Origin: Glaucostegus cemiculus
Taxonomy: Eukaryota
Length of the DNA: 64,000 nt
Assembly (NCBI GenBank): GCA_976551045.1
Contig: CDPCPM010000344.1
Coordinates: forward strand, 11,284,001-11,348,000
Direction: 5' to 3'
The notes below the pieces were generated by a model, which saw only the letters and a list, made by a program, of their open reading frames with translations, was not told the origin of the DNA and ran no database searches. The position numbers and the translations under genes are program-made. Of the stretch, positions 38,459-51,354 are shown in pieces; the first letter of the stretch is position 1, and every line of letters starts with the position of its first letter.

Positions 38459-38976
38459 GAAAGGGGATGATCTCATTAAACGCCCACTGTGGACCTGTAG
38501 AGTTTCTGATCCCAACCACTGGCTCTCTGGACTTGGAATTATTGAAAAGTGAATCCACTGAGGATGTGCATGAATGCCAAGAGACAGATAGCAAAGAAGA
38601 TTCTTCCTCCCAGGAATCCATTCAGGAACTGCATCAGGATAAAAAGCAAGGGATCTCCCTGTGTTACAACCTACACTCGACCTCCCACCTACCCGGTCAG
38701 TTACTGTCTGCGTATGATGATGAGGTCCAGGCTAGTGGCAGTTCTCCAGAGCACGGCATCGAGGATGGTTCCATCTACGAGATAGTGGATGACCCGGACG
38801 TGTGGGTTCGAAGCAGGTCTTCAACCCGAGAGGCTTCCAAAAAGGAGAAAGTCAGCTCGGTGGCTATTGTCTCTGGAGGCAGGGGCTATCAGAGCTTTAA
38901 CAGAGACTTCAAGCCAACCATGCACAGCAGCAGCGAGAACATGTTGCTGATCTGGCAGATTCCATTGACTCTGTAG
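38459..38976 (+). CDS. ARHGEF10L: ARHGEF10L terminal coding exon
   Basis: ttttcaaag|GA; (G)KGMISLNAHCGPVEFL...STSHLPGQLLS...EDGSIYEIVDDPDVWVRSR...SGGRGY...LLIWQIPLTL*; the DGSIYE..DDPD.WVR and LLIWQ.PL C-terminus point to ARHGEF10L rather than ARHGEF10; stop TAG 38974-38976. Confidence 0.94.
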
Positions 38977-41610
38977 CGTTGCAACATTGTGCACATTTGT
39001 AGAATGTGACCACTGGAAGTCTAGGATTGCGCCGTATTTAGTTGCCTGTAACTCTTATGGGTTTTAAAGGGAAACCTCTCTTTTGCAGAGTTACACACTC
39101 AATAATCGGGAAGTTGTACTTTCCTAATATACTCAGCATGAGGATTTCAAAGCGTTCTAGGGTGACCTCTTTCACACTGGGCACTCCCTTTTGAAGGAGG
39201 ATTCAAAGCCATCACTTTTTTTGTCCTTTGTTTTCTAAGGTCGGTGAACTGGGCATTGCATAGAAAGCAGGTGGGGAGGATATTTTGTGCCATAATTTTA
39301 TTTTTTCTCTCTCCTTTCCTCCCTCTCTTCTTTGTCTTTTTTTCCCCCACCTGGGTCACCCCATGCCTTGAAGGAAAGGGAACGCCGAAGTTATTTCCTC
39401 TTGATTTTCCACACTCCTTCCCACCCTTTACCCCCCACAAGGTGCGGCCATGCTGGGGAATGATTCCGTGGGCGCTGGCAGCCCTTTAGTGCTGCACCTA
39501 AATGGCTTATCTTCACGTGGGAGCTTGGACATTGAATGTCTTCAGGCTAATTGACTATGGAGGGCATTGAAGCTGAACTTGAGCAGGTATTTATACGCAT
39601 GCACTTTCCAGCAGAGGTCACTGGACTGTCGTCAGGAGTGGGAACACTGGTGGTTAATATCTTTTCTCTTTCTCACCTTTTTGGTCACTTTCTTCCAACC
39701 AAGGAGCAGTGTGCTAATCACCTTGCATCACTCTTGCATTCTGAAATACTGACTTACAAATGGCAGCGGTGGAAGCTTCTTCAGTCGTTTAGAAAGATAA
39801 TTTGGAGCAGAGGGTTTTGTGAAAATAAAGATCTTTGTTGGTAGCGACTTGTCATCTTGATAACTCAGCGATTCTTTTCTCAACCTTTGAATGTATGCTG
39901 TAATAGTTCAACAGTTTGATAAGCTGGTGTCGGTGTTCCTACCCTTGACTGAAGGGTGGATGCAGACAGCCAGTTGATAAAACATTGTAGAACATTCTAC
40001 ACTTACCAAATCACAAATGATCTACTACGTACTACATGCCCTAACAATTGTGACTCTTGTACTCCTCTTATTGAGGTTACAAACCCATCCCATTGTCTGA
40101 CCAAATCTTTAACAACTTTGCCTGCTAGGGAACACAACATCTCAGGCCTTCAGCAGTACTTTGCACTGTTGGTTTTGAAGAATGCAAATAGCCAGGACCC
40201 CATTCTTTGATACCCTTCTTTGGTGTGAATGTAGAATCTATTCAACAGGCTCCTATATTATTGTGGCTGAGACAATGAATGCACTGGGCAGGATTTCACA
40301 ACTTGCAGCCTACTTTTTAAACACACATTGCCAGATGTTTGCTTGCATCAGATTTAACTGTACAAAATGAATAGAAGGCTATTCAGCTGATCAAGATGTT
40401 TTATGAATGGAAAATGGGTAAGAATACAAAGGCTGTTCTTATCCTATTTTTCACCAAATAGGAAATCTCATCACTCTTGTTTTAGATTGCAAGAGTGCCA
40501 AGTTTATTACAACCTCCAAGATTTTGATAATGTGGGTAAATATTTTAGTGTTGGAATTTGAACCAAGATCTGAGAGAATATCTGTATATATGGAGTAAAA
40601 TACCAGTCCTTGGAAGCAGTGATCTCTGTGAAGGGCAACATTTGGAATGCTGCATGATGATTGATAACATAATTGGGAGTTTATGGTCTCATTTTAGAAT
40701 CATGCAACTATATACGTTTACAGCACAGAAGGTTATTTTGTCATTGTATCTGTGCCAGCTCTTTGCTACTGACATATTGCCACAATATGTAAATATTGAC
40801 TATATTTGAAAGCTATTGCAATAGTATTTACTCAGGGTTTGAGATCCCCAAAAACGATGTCTTTGCATGCTGAAAATATTCAAGAGCAATATTTCACTTT
40901 CCTCTCTACCATCACACATGCAATTGGGTAAACATGGGCTAATCTTGCTCCACATCTATTTGATAGAAGGTAGCCTTTTCAAAACCACCCTTCTATCCAG
41001 TATAATAGTTTTGTTTAAAATAAGTCCAAAAATCTAATTGGGATCCAAAATTTCAATCAGCTGAATTACTGGGCAACAGCAGAACCCAAATCATTCTTTT
41101 GGGAATTGAGGCATTAAGGGTTTATGTGGAGAACTGGAGCCTCTTGCACTAACTTGTTTGTTCTGTCAATGGAATTGGTTTGATTAGTGATTTGGAAGGC
41201 CCCATCTATTTCTGGTGAGTTCCAATTATCAGTGGTCTTTGATGTGTGACGACTTAATTCTGTTGCCTACTGATAAGCCCGCTCTGAGTGTTGGGAAGAA
41301 AACAATGAATCATGTGGTCCTTAACAAAAATTACTTACCAACATTGTTTAGAAAGTTGCAGGAAAAAGTCCACAAAGAGTTCAATCAATGATATACAGGC
41401 CTTTTTGGGATATGTATGTTCACTTACCATCCACTGCGTCATATTGGTCAGGAACTACAGAATTGATTTTTCAGAGCTCTCCAAACCCTGAGGTCATTCA
41501 TCATTGACCGTTAACTGCAATAGGCAGGGATGGGAATATGCTGTAGAACTAATATAATTTGCCTTTCAAGGTAACTGCCACTGTGCAATAAAAGTGTCAT
41601 TAAGAGGAAA
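38977..41610 (+). other. ARHGEF10L: Probable 3' UTR of ARHGEF10L
   Basis: Follows the stop codon; no TE copies that I recognise; ends near the AATAAA at 41587-41592. The exact end is not determinable. Confidence 0.55.
41587..41592 (+). terminator. Candidate polyadenylation signal AATAAA
   Basis: ctgtgcAATAAAagtg, the first canonical hexamer I found after the stop codon; dense TE sequence resumes ~600 bp later. Confidence 0.55.
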
Positions 41611-42539
41611 CAAAATGCAGTCTCTGGTCAATCAGCTCCTTAAGCAGAATCCTGAACTGCTTGTACTTCAGTGCCTTTGCATTCAAGTTATTTACGTAAC
41701 TTTACAGTGTTGCTTTTGTCATGGGACAAGTGAATCTTAGATCATAAATATTCATGGAATTTGTGTGAATTATTCACTTGAAATAGGGTAATTCTTATGA
41801 ACACCATATCTATTAACTTTGCATGCCCATCTTAAACAGGTGCCCAGTTAAAAGACACAGTTAAGAGTGTGTGCTGTATGTCAAGTTTGATTTTTCTCAG
41901 AAGTATTTTGTTACTCTTCAGACTATAAGATGAACTGTCCAGGAGCTTCCATTAGGGAGTGTTTTATTTCATTATAGTGATTCATCTATCTGCATTATTC
42001 ATTCAATGATCTACATGTCCGTACATAATGTTGGGCATTTTGATCTGAGCAAAAGCCAAGAAAGCTCAGATGGGGATTGTAACATGCATTTGCAGATTTG
42101 TTTTGTTTGTTTCCAGCATCTGCAGAATTTTTTTGTGTTGCAGATTTGTTTTGAGCTGACGAGTGCATGTGGTCAGGATTCCCGAGCATTGCTTATCAAA
42201 TAAAAACAAAAAATGCTGGGAGTGCCCAGCATGTCGTGCAGCAAATGTGTAGGGGGATACAGCATCAGTGTTTCAGATGGAAACCCTTTCAACAAAACCA
42301 GGAAAAGTTAAAAATCAAAGCTCTCAGACATTGTGGAGAAGGGAGGTGGGTAGCGGAAAGAATTATAAGGAATGTCTGAGGTAGGCTGGAAGCCAAATGA
42401 TGCAGATGAGTGTGCTACCGGCTAAGAGGGTGGTGACGGTTAATTGCAGCTGATTTGACTGGAGAAGATGTCAATAGAGGGAAATGATTGAGAAAAAAAA
42501 CAAGGACAAGGTAGGAGCAAAGAGGACAGGAAGGTATTT

Positions 42540-44708
42540 AATTGGGGAAGGGCAAATTATGAGGCTATAAGGCTAGAACTTGCGAGTGTTAAATTAGGAT
42601 GACATTTTTGAAGGGAAATGTACTATGGAGATGTGGTCATTGTTCAGGGATCTCTTTGTAGGATGTTAGGGATACATTTGTCCTGGTGAGGCAGAGAAAG
42701 AATGGCCGGGTGAAGGAACCATGGGTGACAAAGAGAGGTGGAACATCTAGTTAGGAGGAAGAAGGCAGCATACATAAGGTTTAGGTAGCAAGGATCAGAT
42801 AGGGCTCTTGAGGAATATAGAGTAGCAAGGAAGGAACTTAAGGGGCTGAGGAGAACAAGAAGGGGACATGACAAGGCCTTGGCGAGTAGGGTTAAGGTAA
42901 ATCCCAAGGCATTTTTCACTTGTGAAGAGCAGAAGGATGACAAGTGTAAAGGTAGGACTGATTAGAGACAAAGGTGGGAAGATGTGCCTGGAAGCTGTGG
43001 AAGTGGGTGAGCTCCTCAGTGAATACTCCTGTTCAGTATTCACCAAGGAGGGGGGCCTTGATGACGCTGAGGACAGTGTTGGTAAGGTTAGTGTTCTAGA
43101 GCATGTTGATATCGGGAGTGGATGTGTTGGAGCTGTTAGAAAGTATTAGGACAGATAAGTCCCCGGTGCCTGGCAGAATATTTCCCAGGCTGCTGCGTGA
43201 GGCGAGGGAGGAGATTGCTGAGCCTTTGGCTAGGATCTTTGAGTCCTCATTGTCCACGGGAATGGTACCGGAAGATTGGAGGGCGGCAAATGTTGTCCCC
43301 TTACGCAAAAAAGATAGTAGGGATAGTCCAGGGAATTATAGACCAGTGAGCCTTACGTCTGTGGTGGGCAAGCTTGTTGGAAAGGATTCTTAAAGATAGG
43401 ATCTATGGACATTTAGAGAATCATGGTCTGATCAGGGACAGCCAGCATAGCTTTGTGAAGGGCAGATCATGTCTCACAAGCCTGATAGGGTTCTTTGAGG
43501 AGGTGACCAGCCAGATTGATGAGGGTAGTGCAGTAGATGTGGACTATGTGAATTTTTAGTAAGGCATTTGATAAAGTTCCACATGGTAGACTTCAGAAGG
43601 TCAGAGGGCATGGGATCCAGGGAAGCTTGGCCATATGGATTTGGAATTGGCTTGCCTGCAGAAAGCAGAGAGTTGTGGTGGAGGGAATGCATTCAGATTG
43701 GAGGGCCATGACTAGCAGTGTCCCACAAGGATCAGTTCTAGAACCTCTGCTTTTTGTGATTGTTATTAATGACTTGGATGAGGGGGTAGAAGGGTGGGTT
43801 GGCAAGTTTGCAGATGACAAAGGTTAGTGGTGTTGTGGATAGTGTGGAGGATTGTCAAAGATTGCAGAGGGACATTGATAGGATGCAGAGCTGGGCTGAG
43901 AAGTGGCAGATGGAGTTCCATCTGGAGAAGTGTGACGTGGTACACTTTGGAAGGACAAACTCCAAGGCAGAGTACAAAGTTAATGGCAGGATTCTTGGTA
44001 GTGTGGAGGAGCAGAGGGATCTGGGGGTTCATATCCACAGATCCCTAAGAGTTGCCTCACAGGTGGATAGGGTAGTTAATAAAGCTTATGGGATGTTAGC
44101 ATTCGTAAGTCATGGGATCAAGTTTAAAAATTGCAAGGTAATGATGCAGTTCTAACTCTGGTTAGACCACACTTAAGAGTACTGTGTCCAGTTCTGGTTG
44201 TCTCATTATAGGAAGGATGTGGAAAGGGTGAAGAGGAGATTTACCAGGATGCTGCCTGGTTTAGAGAGTATGGATCATGAGGAGAGACTAAGGGAGCTAG
44301 GGCTTTAGTCTTTGGAGAGGAGGAGGATAAGAGAAGACATGATAGAGGTGTACAAAATATTAAGTGGAATAGATAGAGTAGACAGCCAGTGCCTCTTTCC
44401 CAGGGCACCAATGCTCAATAAAAGAGGGCATGGCTTTAAAGTAATGGGTGGGAAGTTCAAGGGAGATATCAGAGGAAGGTTTTTTACCCAGAGAGTGGTT
44501 GGGGCATGGAATGTGTTGCCTGGGGCAGCGGTAGAGGCCGGTACATTGGTCAAATTCAAGGGATTGTTAGAAAAGCATATGGAGGAATTTAAAATAGGGG
44601 GGATATGTGGGAGAAAGGGGTTAGATAGTCTTAGGTGAGGTTTAAAGGTCAGCACAATATTGTGGGCCAAAGGGCCTGCATTGTGCTGTGCTGTTCTATG
44701 ACTATGAA
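42540..44708 (+). mobile_element. CR1 LINE, 5'-truncated, frameshifted ORF2 (RT)
   Basis: Pieces DKSPVPGRIFPRLLRE, PEDWRAANVVPL, GNYRPVSLTSVVGK, QHSFVKGRSCLT, VPQGSVLEPLLF, KFADD, FFTQRVVGAWN; tail ttctatgactatg. Confidence 0.92.
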
Positions 44709-44835
44709 AATAAAAAAAAAATGATGCTGAAACTGGGGTAAAGTACTGCAATTGCTGGAAATCTAACTGAAACAGAAATAGTTGGCAGTTCAGGCAACAT
44801 CTGTGGAGAAAGAAGAATAGAGTTTGTGTACAGGT

Positions 44836-44975
44836 TGGAGACACGAGATTGCAGATGCTGGACCCTTTATCTTTCAATCCAGACGAAGGGTCTCAACCCG
44901 AAATGTCAACTGTCCATTTCCCTCCTCAGATCTGCCTGACCTGCTGAGTTCCTCCAGCAGTTTGTTTTTTGCTCT
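44836..44975. mobile_element. Penelope-derived short element with hammerhead-like motif
   Basis: caatc CAGACGA A GGGTC TC AACCC GAAA TGTC AACTG followed by the family arm. Confidence 0.65.
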
Positions 44976-45280
44976 AAGTGTTACAGGTTGATGATCGTGC
45001 ATCAAGACGGGATGGTCCTGCACAAGCCAGAAGATCTTGTTGATATTGTGTTATGCCCTACATGTCTGTAATGAAGCTGATTTGGTTTCCTCAGGTTTGG
45101 AAGAGCTTTCTGACATCAGTTCAAAATGGCCTGGACTGAAGCTAAGTTTCTGTCTCAATGTTCTTATCTGATCAATGCCAATAAATTTATGCTGGATTAA
45201 GCCCCTCTCATGTGGCTGCCGGTGGTAGTAGTTGTGGTACACTCCTGGTAGTTGTTTAGTGGCTGCAGCTGGAATGTAGG

Positions 45281-45400
45281 GAGACACAGACTGGAAATGC
45301 TGGAATCTGGAGCAACAAACGAGGCTGGTGGAACTCAGTGGGTCAGGCAGCAACTGTGGAGGGAAATGGACAGTCAATGTTCCTGGTTGCGACTTCACCT
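45281..45400. mobile_element. Penelope-derived short element, single arm
   Basis: tgctggaatctggagcaac...ggtcaggcagcaactgtggagggaaatggacagtc. Confidence 0.65.
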
Positions 45401-46004
45401 AAACTGCATTTGTAGAGGATAGACTTGGGATTGTCTATGATTCCCTCCGTAACCACTCAACCATCGTAGATGATCTACTGGAGGGTGTCAACTCACTTAG
45501 AGCCCTAAAGCACTCAAATTCAGAGAGTAAATTCCTGGGAACAAGGACAAACTCAAACGTACATTGCAAAATCAGAACAGATGAGATTTCATGGTTTTAA
45601 CAGTTTAATGAAAATATTTGCATGAGAATGATGACTGTGATCCAGATGATAAATCACTTTTGCTTTAGTGTCACAGTTTGAGAACATCTGAATTTCTTGA
45701 GAAATATTTTATTATAATCACACCCACTGCTATTCTACCTGTAATAAACACGGTACATTGAGTGATGGCGTGTTATATATAAGAAAAAAGTTGCATAATT
45801 AGAAACCAGTTTTAAACTCTAAGTGTGCTAATGGAAAGCTGGCTGGATGGAAATTGTTCAAGTGGTTCGTTGTCACCTTTGCAAGGGCAGTTTGGAATGG
45901 ACAACAAATGTTGGCCTTGCTGGTCAAGTCCAGATTCTGAAAGATGAATGAAGTGAATGTGTGCTCCTGTGGTCACAATGGAGGGTCACTCTTAAAGGGA
46001 GACA

Positions 46005-46130
46005 AATGTCCAGATGAAGGATCTTGACCTGAAACATTGACTGTTCATTTCTCTCCGAGAATGCTGTCTGACCCACTGAGTTCCTCCAGCTTTTTGTGTG
46101 TTGCTCCAGATTTCAGCATCTACAGTCTCT
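46005..46130. mobile_element. Penelope-derived short element with hammerhead-like motif
   Basis: gtc CAGATGA A GGATC TT GACCT GAAA CATT GACTG + family arm. Confidence 0.65.
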
Positions 46131-46540
46131 ATTGTTGCCATTCTTAACAGATTAGCTGAAAATTGAGCTACAACATCCATCAATCCTCCTGACCAGAGGG
46201 ACTCCCAGTTTGTTTCAGCTAAGTAGGATGGGTTGTCAGTCACTGTTGCATTGTTTAGTAATGAATTTTGGAAATTCAGATGCAAGGTATGAGAATGTCA
46301 TCAGGAAAAGGACTCTTCTTCCCCAGCCTTCTCCCGAAGATGGAAAATAAGATGGATATGGCATTCAGGACTAATGTCATGGGGGGGGGGGGGGATGCAA
46401 AAATAAAAGTGGAATTGGTAGAGGCTGGGTGAAAATTCAATGTTACAGGTGGTCCAGAACTGCCTCTCACTTTCTTTGAATATCAAGTTCTATGTTTCAC
46501 ACCATTTGTCCTCCTAGGTAGAACATCTAGAAGAATAATT

Positions 46541-46737
46541 GAGACACATGAGACTGCAGATGCTAGGGAACTCAATGAGTCAGGCAGCATCTGTAGACGG
46601 AAATGGACTGTCAGCATTTCTGCTTGAGACCCTTTGGCAGTACAGATGAAGGGTCTCTACCCAAAATGTGGACTGTCCATCTTCCTCTACATATGCTGCC
46701 TGACCTGCTGAGTTCTTCAGCATTTTGTTGTTTGCAG
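46541..46737. mobile_element. Penelope-derived fold-back short element
   Basis: tcaggcagcatctgtagacggaaatggactgtc ... gactgtccatcttcctctacatatgctgcctga inverted arms. Confidence 0.7.
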
Positions 46738-47854
46738 AAGAATAGTTGATCTGTGTACACAGCAACATAAGTACAATGTGTCCAATATGCTTCAGAAAGA
46801 CACCAGGCATTGCCCAAGGGCTTGGAAGAATTAAGGGACATGGTTAGAGGTAGTGATTTTAGAGTCGGAGAAATTGACGAATGGTTTTTACAAGTTAATA
46901 TGCAGAAGCAAAACTTTTAAGATGTGTATAAAGTAAGAGTAAATTCTTCTATCAGGCTGTAGATGATTAAATGTAATCCTTTGAACATCTACCCATTGAT
47001 TCTCAGCTTGATGCTGATAGAGGAAAGTCGGCTTCATTTGATTGCTTCTATTGGTTGCCGATACCATGATGGAGCCTTGAAAGAGTTTTGGGAAAATGGA
47101 AATATTTTTTGCCATCTGGATAAACATTTGAATCACACTATCTGTGAATCCAGTATACTCTTGATTGCTTGCAACATTTCCTTTCCAAACAGGTTAGGCC
47201 CAGTCCTATCAGAGTGTATTCAGCAGTCATCACAACTTGTCACATTCCTATTGATGGTTATTCAATAGAAGAAAATTCTTTTTCATATCTCGTGAAAGAA
47301 TCAAAGCAATTCAAAAATTGCTCAATTGCTGATTTGCATCATTGGAAGCTCCATTTAGTATTGTGTGAATTTGTCATTGTGCTTTCTATCTCCATAATGA
47401 GGGATTGATTATTTGACACAGTACTTTTTTTAAACTGTTTCAAACTTGGTTAGCCTTGCAACTCTGTGGATCTTTTTCTCACTCTTATTCCTAATCTTCC
47501 ATACAACCCATCTTGTCCACATGTTAGGTTTCTATTATCATTTGTGGGAACTTCCCATGCACAAGTTCCGTGGATTGCATTCTTTTTTTTAAGAAAGCAC
47601 TTCATAAGTTGTAACATGCATTGAATTTACCCGAAGTTCTGGAAAGCTGTTTGTAAATTCAGGAGTTTCTTTCATATGCCAGATCCAAAATCTGTCAGGT
47701 TTATATGATTAATAACAGCATTAAATTTTAGCAAAACAGTTGAATAGCTCATGAACTGGCCCAAGGCGAAGGCTTGTGGCCATGTTTTCCATAAACTACC
47801 CTCTTCGTGTGTCATGCATTCTTCCACCAACAGTCACAAAGTAACAGTGAAGTG

Positions 47855-48097
47855 GAGACATGAGACTGCAGATGCTAGAATCTGGACCAACACGCAAAGC
47901 GCTGGAGGAAATTGGCAGGTCAGGCAGCATCTAAGGAGGGAAATTGACAGTCAAGGTTTCTGGTCGAGACCCTTGATCTGGACACGACTCTGGTCCATAC
48001 TTCATCTGGTCCAGATGAAGGATCTCGACTGTCCATTTCCCTCCGTAGATGCTGCCTGACCCACTGAGTTCCTCCAGCGCTTGTTGTGTTGGTCCAG
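47855..48097. mobile_element. Penelope-derived fold-back short element
   Basis: Long inverted arms ctggaccaacacgcaaagcgctggaggaa...tcaggcagcatct / agatgctgcctgac...ttcctccagcgcttgttgtgttggtccag. Confidence 0.75.
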
Positions 48098-48389
48098 TGA
48101 AATGTGGATGAAGATCAAAAAATTCAGATGCTGGAAAACTGAAATAAAAATGGAAAATGAGGAAAAAAATTCAGCAGGTCAGGTGCCAGATAGCAAAACA
48201 AAGAGAAAATCTAAGCCAAAGTATTGACAAATGGTCAGTTCTGATACAGACATAAAGAACAAGTTACGTAAAGGTAGACAATTCAATATGGAGTCGTGTA
48301 GCTAGAGCTGAGAAGATATTAACTTAAGAAAATTCAGATAACTTTTAATGTGATCCTCATTGTCCAGGATACACTTCAGCCCTGTAGTG

Positions 48390-49030
48390 CCCACCAGTCC
48401 TAGAAGGCCACCAGCAAGCCAGCAGACACCACATGCTCTGTCTTCAAGGACATCTGGACATGTATCCTTGGAAGAAAGATAGGGTTGGACAACCCACTGC
48501 TTGGATCTGTAAATACCACCTCGGGTAGGCCCAGGAACAGATTGATGAGCAGGTCCCTTAACTGATGGGCTCCTCTCTGCAATGGATGCTCAAAGATTAG
48601 AAGCGTGGGGCTGAGGTGTAATCAAAACCTGAAGAAACCTCCTTCGTGTCTCTAACTCAGGCTGCAACCTCTCACTCTCCATATATATGTGGAATGCAGG
48701 CTCCTCCAGGCCACAAAGATGGCAGGCAACCACCCCCTTCACCATGTTGCCTCTTGACCTGAGCATGGAAGTGAGGTTCACGGCTCACCAGTGAGTTCAT
48801 TTCTCCGGCTCTTGCAGGAAGCTGTTCAGGATCCTGACCCCACGTCAAGGTCCACAAGTACTTGGTGGTGTTGACGGCAATAAGTCTGGTCACTAGATTG
48901 CCATGGAGAAGCTCTGGCCCAACCTCTGGAGCAGTGTGACTACGGAGAGGTGTCTGGCAACTGCTGCTACTCGGGTTTCCCTTGGCCAGCCATTGGTCTC
49001 CGCATACCTGGTGATGCCATTCCAGAGAGA
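48390..49030 (-). mobile_element. Tx1/L1-clade LINE ORF2 C-terminal fragment
   Basis: Minus peptides ACHLCGLEEPAFHIYMESERLQP (CxxC..E...H zinc-knuckle-like) and DLLINLFLGL.. typical of the Tx1 ORF2 end. Confidence 0.6.
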
Positions 49031-49944
49031 CTGTATAAGCTGTTAATGTGGTTTGGATAAGGCAGCTAGTTCTGATTCTACACTCTTGTTCTGTGTTGGA
49101 TCAATGTTTTCAAGTTGTAGAGAGTCCCTATAAAAGGTAAACATAGTCCCCACTGGAGTAACGTAGACGGAGTATAAATATTAAATTATGGATTGGGTGC
49201 CAATTTGAATTTGCAAGCTTCTGGATGACGATGATGTTGTTTCAAATCAACAACTGGGCAGTTTTTGAAATGTTTTGATCCTTTCATAAGACACGAATAA
49301 GAATTTTCAACTATTGACTACCATAAACGGGAATATGACAAGCATAGATGGCCACTGAATACACGTGTTTGGTACTCTCATCTTAATGCTGCTCTCCTAG
49401 AGGAATGTGTGACACAGGGTTATGCTGAGGTTCACTGGGGGTTTGCGCAGAGTCAGATGGAGGTGTTGCAACTGCTGCTCAGCCTTTTATTTGGATCACA
49501 AACATGGAGATAGGACTGACTGATCCGTAGAATGTAGTTCTTCCCTTCAAAAAAAAAAAATACAAAAGGTCATGTTGTGTTGGCCATCTCCACCTTTGGT
49601 GGATTTATTCTGCTCTCTCGTTAGACTGTATTTTGACACTAGATCTTTTTTGTGAATACTTGGTCAAGGTGCAAAGCTTCCAGCAACAACCCTCATCCAG
49701 AAATATGCTGAATACAGTTCATCTAAGATCTGTACTTTCAAGGCAATGGGGATGTCACCACTTCCGACATCCTTGATCAGAGGACAGTTCAAATCCTCTG
49801 CTTGAAAAATGGTTGCATTTCCAGAGTTGGACACTTTTTTTTCAAGTTGATCCAATCTGCATATGTGCTCATTGACTAGTCTCAGATGGCGAGCTTTGAG
49901 CTGATTTCTGCAGCTGTGACTGAAAGTAGACATCCAGTAGTTGT

Positions 49945-50110
49945 AGACACGAGACTGCAGGTGCTGGAATCTGGAGCAACACACAAAATGCTGGAGGAAT
50001 TCAGAAGGTCAGGCAGCATCCATGGAGGGAAATAGACAGTTGACATTTTGGGTCAGGACCCCAGAAAAGGTCTTAAACTGAAATATCGACTGACTATTTC
50101 CCTCCATAGT
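49945..50110. mobile_element. Penelope-derived fold-back short element inside the Gypsy
   Basis: catggagggaaatagacagttga ... tcgactgactatttccctccatag. Confidence 0.7.
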
Positions 50111-51354
50111 GTGTTGATCCACTTGTTGTAAGTAAGGTCACATTGCCAGAGTCTTGATGTGGTAGACTGCATTAAACATCTGCAGTTATGATTTTGAAAG
50201 TCTGATACACAATTGTACAATCATTTAGGGATAAGGAATCGCCCATCCCTGCATTAGAGTAGGGATCATATTTGCGATTGCTAATTTTGGGTCCATAATG
50301 ACTAGCAGGCATTTATGATCCATAACCTGAGGAAAAGATCTTCTCAATAGGAACTGTTGAAGCCTTTCCATTCCTAAAATGATTTTCGCTTTTTCTATCT
50401 GCACATAATTCTATTTGCTTTTATTTAAAGTGCAAGACATAAATGTTGTTGACTTCTCGTGTCCATTGTCCATAAATGACCAATAACAACATTCTTTGCA
50501 TAATTTGTGGAATCTCGTGCAATCTTCAATGTCCTTGACATGACAAAATCTATTAGTAGGGATTTGCTGCTCAAGCTCTGTTTGTATAAGTTTATACTCT
50601 CTGTTGATCTTCATTCCATCTCCAATTTTCATTCTTTTTCAGCAGCTGGTGTGCGTGCCCTTGCTAAATCTGGTACTATTGAAACATCGCCAAAAAGGAT
50701 CTGAGCTTTGCTACTTTTTCTGGTATCTTCACCTTTACAATGGCTCAATTTTTGTCACTAATGGGTTGTAAACCACATTTAATCTGAAAACGCCAACCTT
50801 CATCTAGTTGAACAAAAGTGTATTTTTATTCCATTGGAGTTTCATGTTATGATGGTGTAATTATTTGAAAACCTTTTAGAATGTGATGATTGTCTTCCTC
50901 AGTAGGGGCCATGAGGGGTTCCTCCTGGTTACCTAGGCAACAATATATGCTTTGCAGAGGCATGTCCATTGTTGACTGGAAAATATTTGATGACAATTTG
51001 ATCCTGATTTGCAATTTTGTTTAGGGGCAAAGGGCTTCATACATATTTATGGTGAGGTAATGTTGACTCTCTATGCTTAGTTTAATTGAGCATCTGTGTG
51101 AGCCTAAAGGTGTGAACAACAAGACTTCTGCCAATTCTGCATAAGTCTTGAGATATGAGTAATGGGTATTGCTCGTCATTGACCACCTGGTTGAAAATCA
51201 GTTTAGAGACGCTGTCTAATCTGATTGTCTTGTCTGCTATGGGAAACTGTACAAACGGAGCTGCCCATTCACTTTGAGTCATTTTCAGTAGGACTCCATT
51301 TTAGCTTGTCTAGTTTTTCTACTTGACATTTTGGCAATATGGCACTAATGTTTA

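Noticed and set aside
1349-38976. Assignment to ARHGEF10 or ARHGEF17 instead of ARHGEF10L
   Set aside because: The [26 protein letters not shown] and DGSIYE..DDPD.WVR motifs fit my recollection of ARHGEF10L; a reciprocal BLAST would confirm
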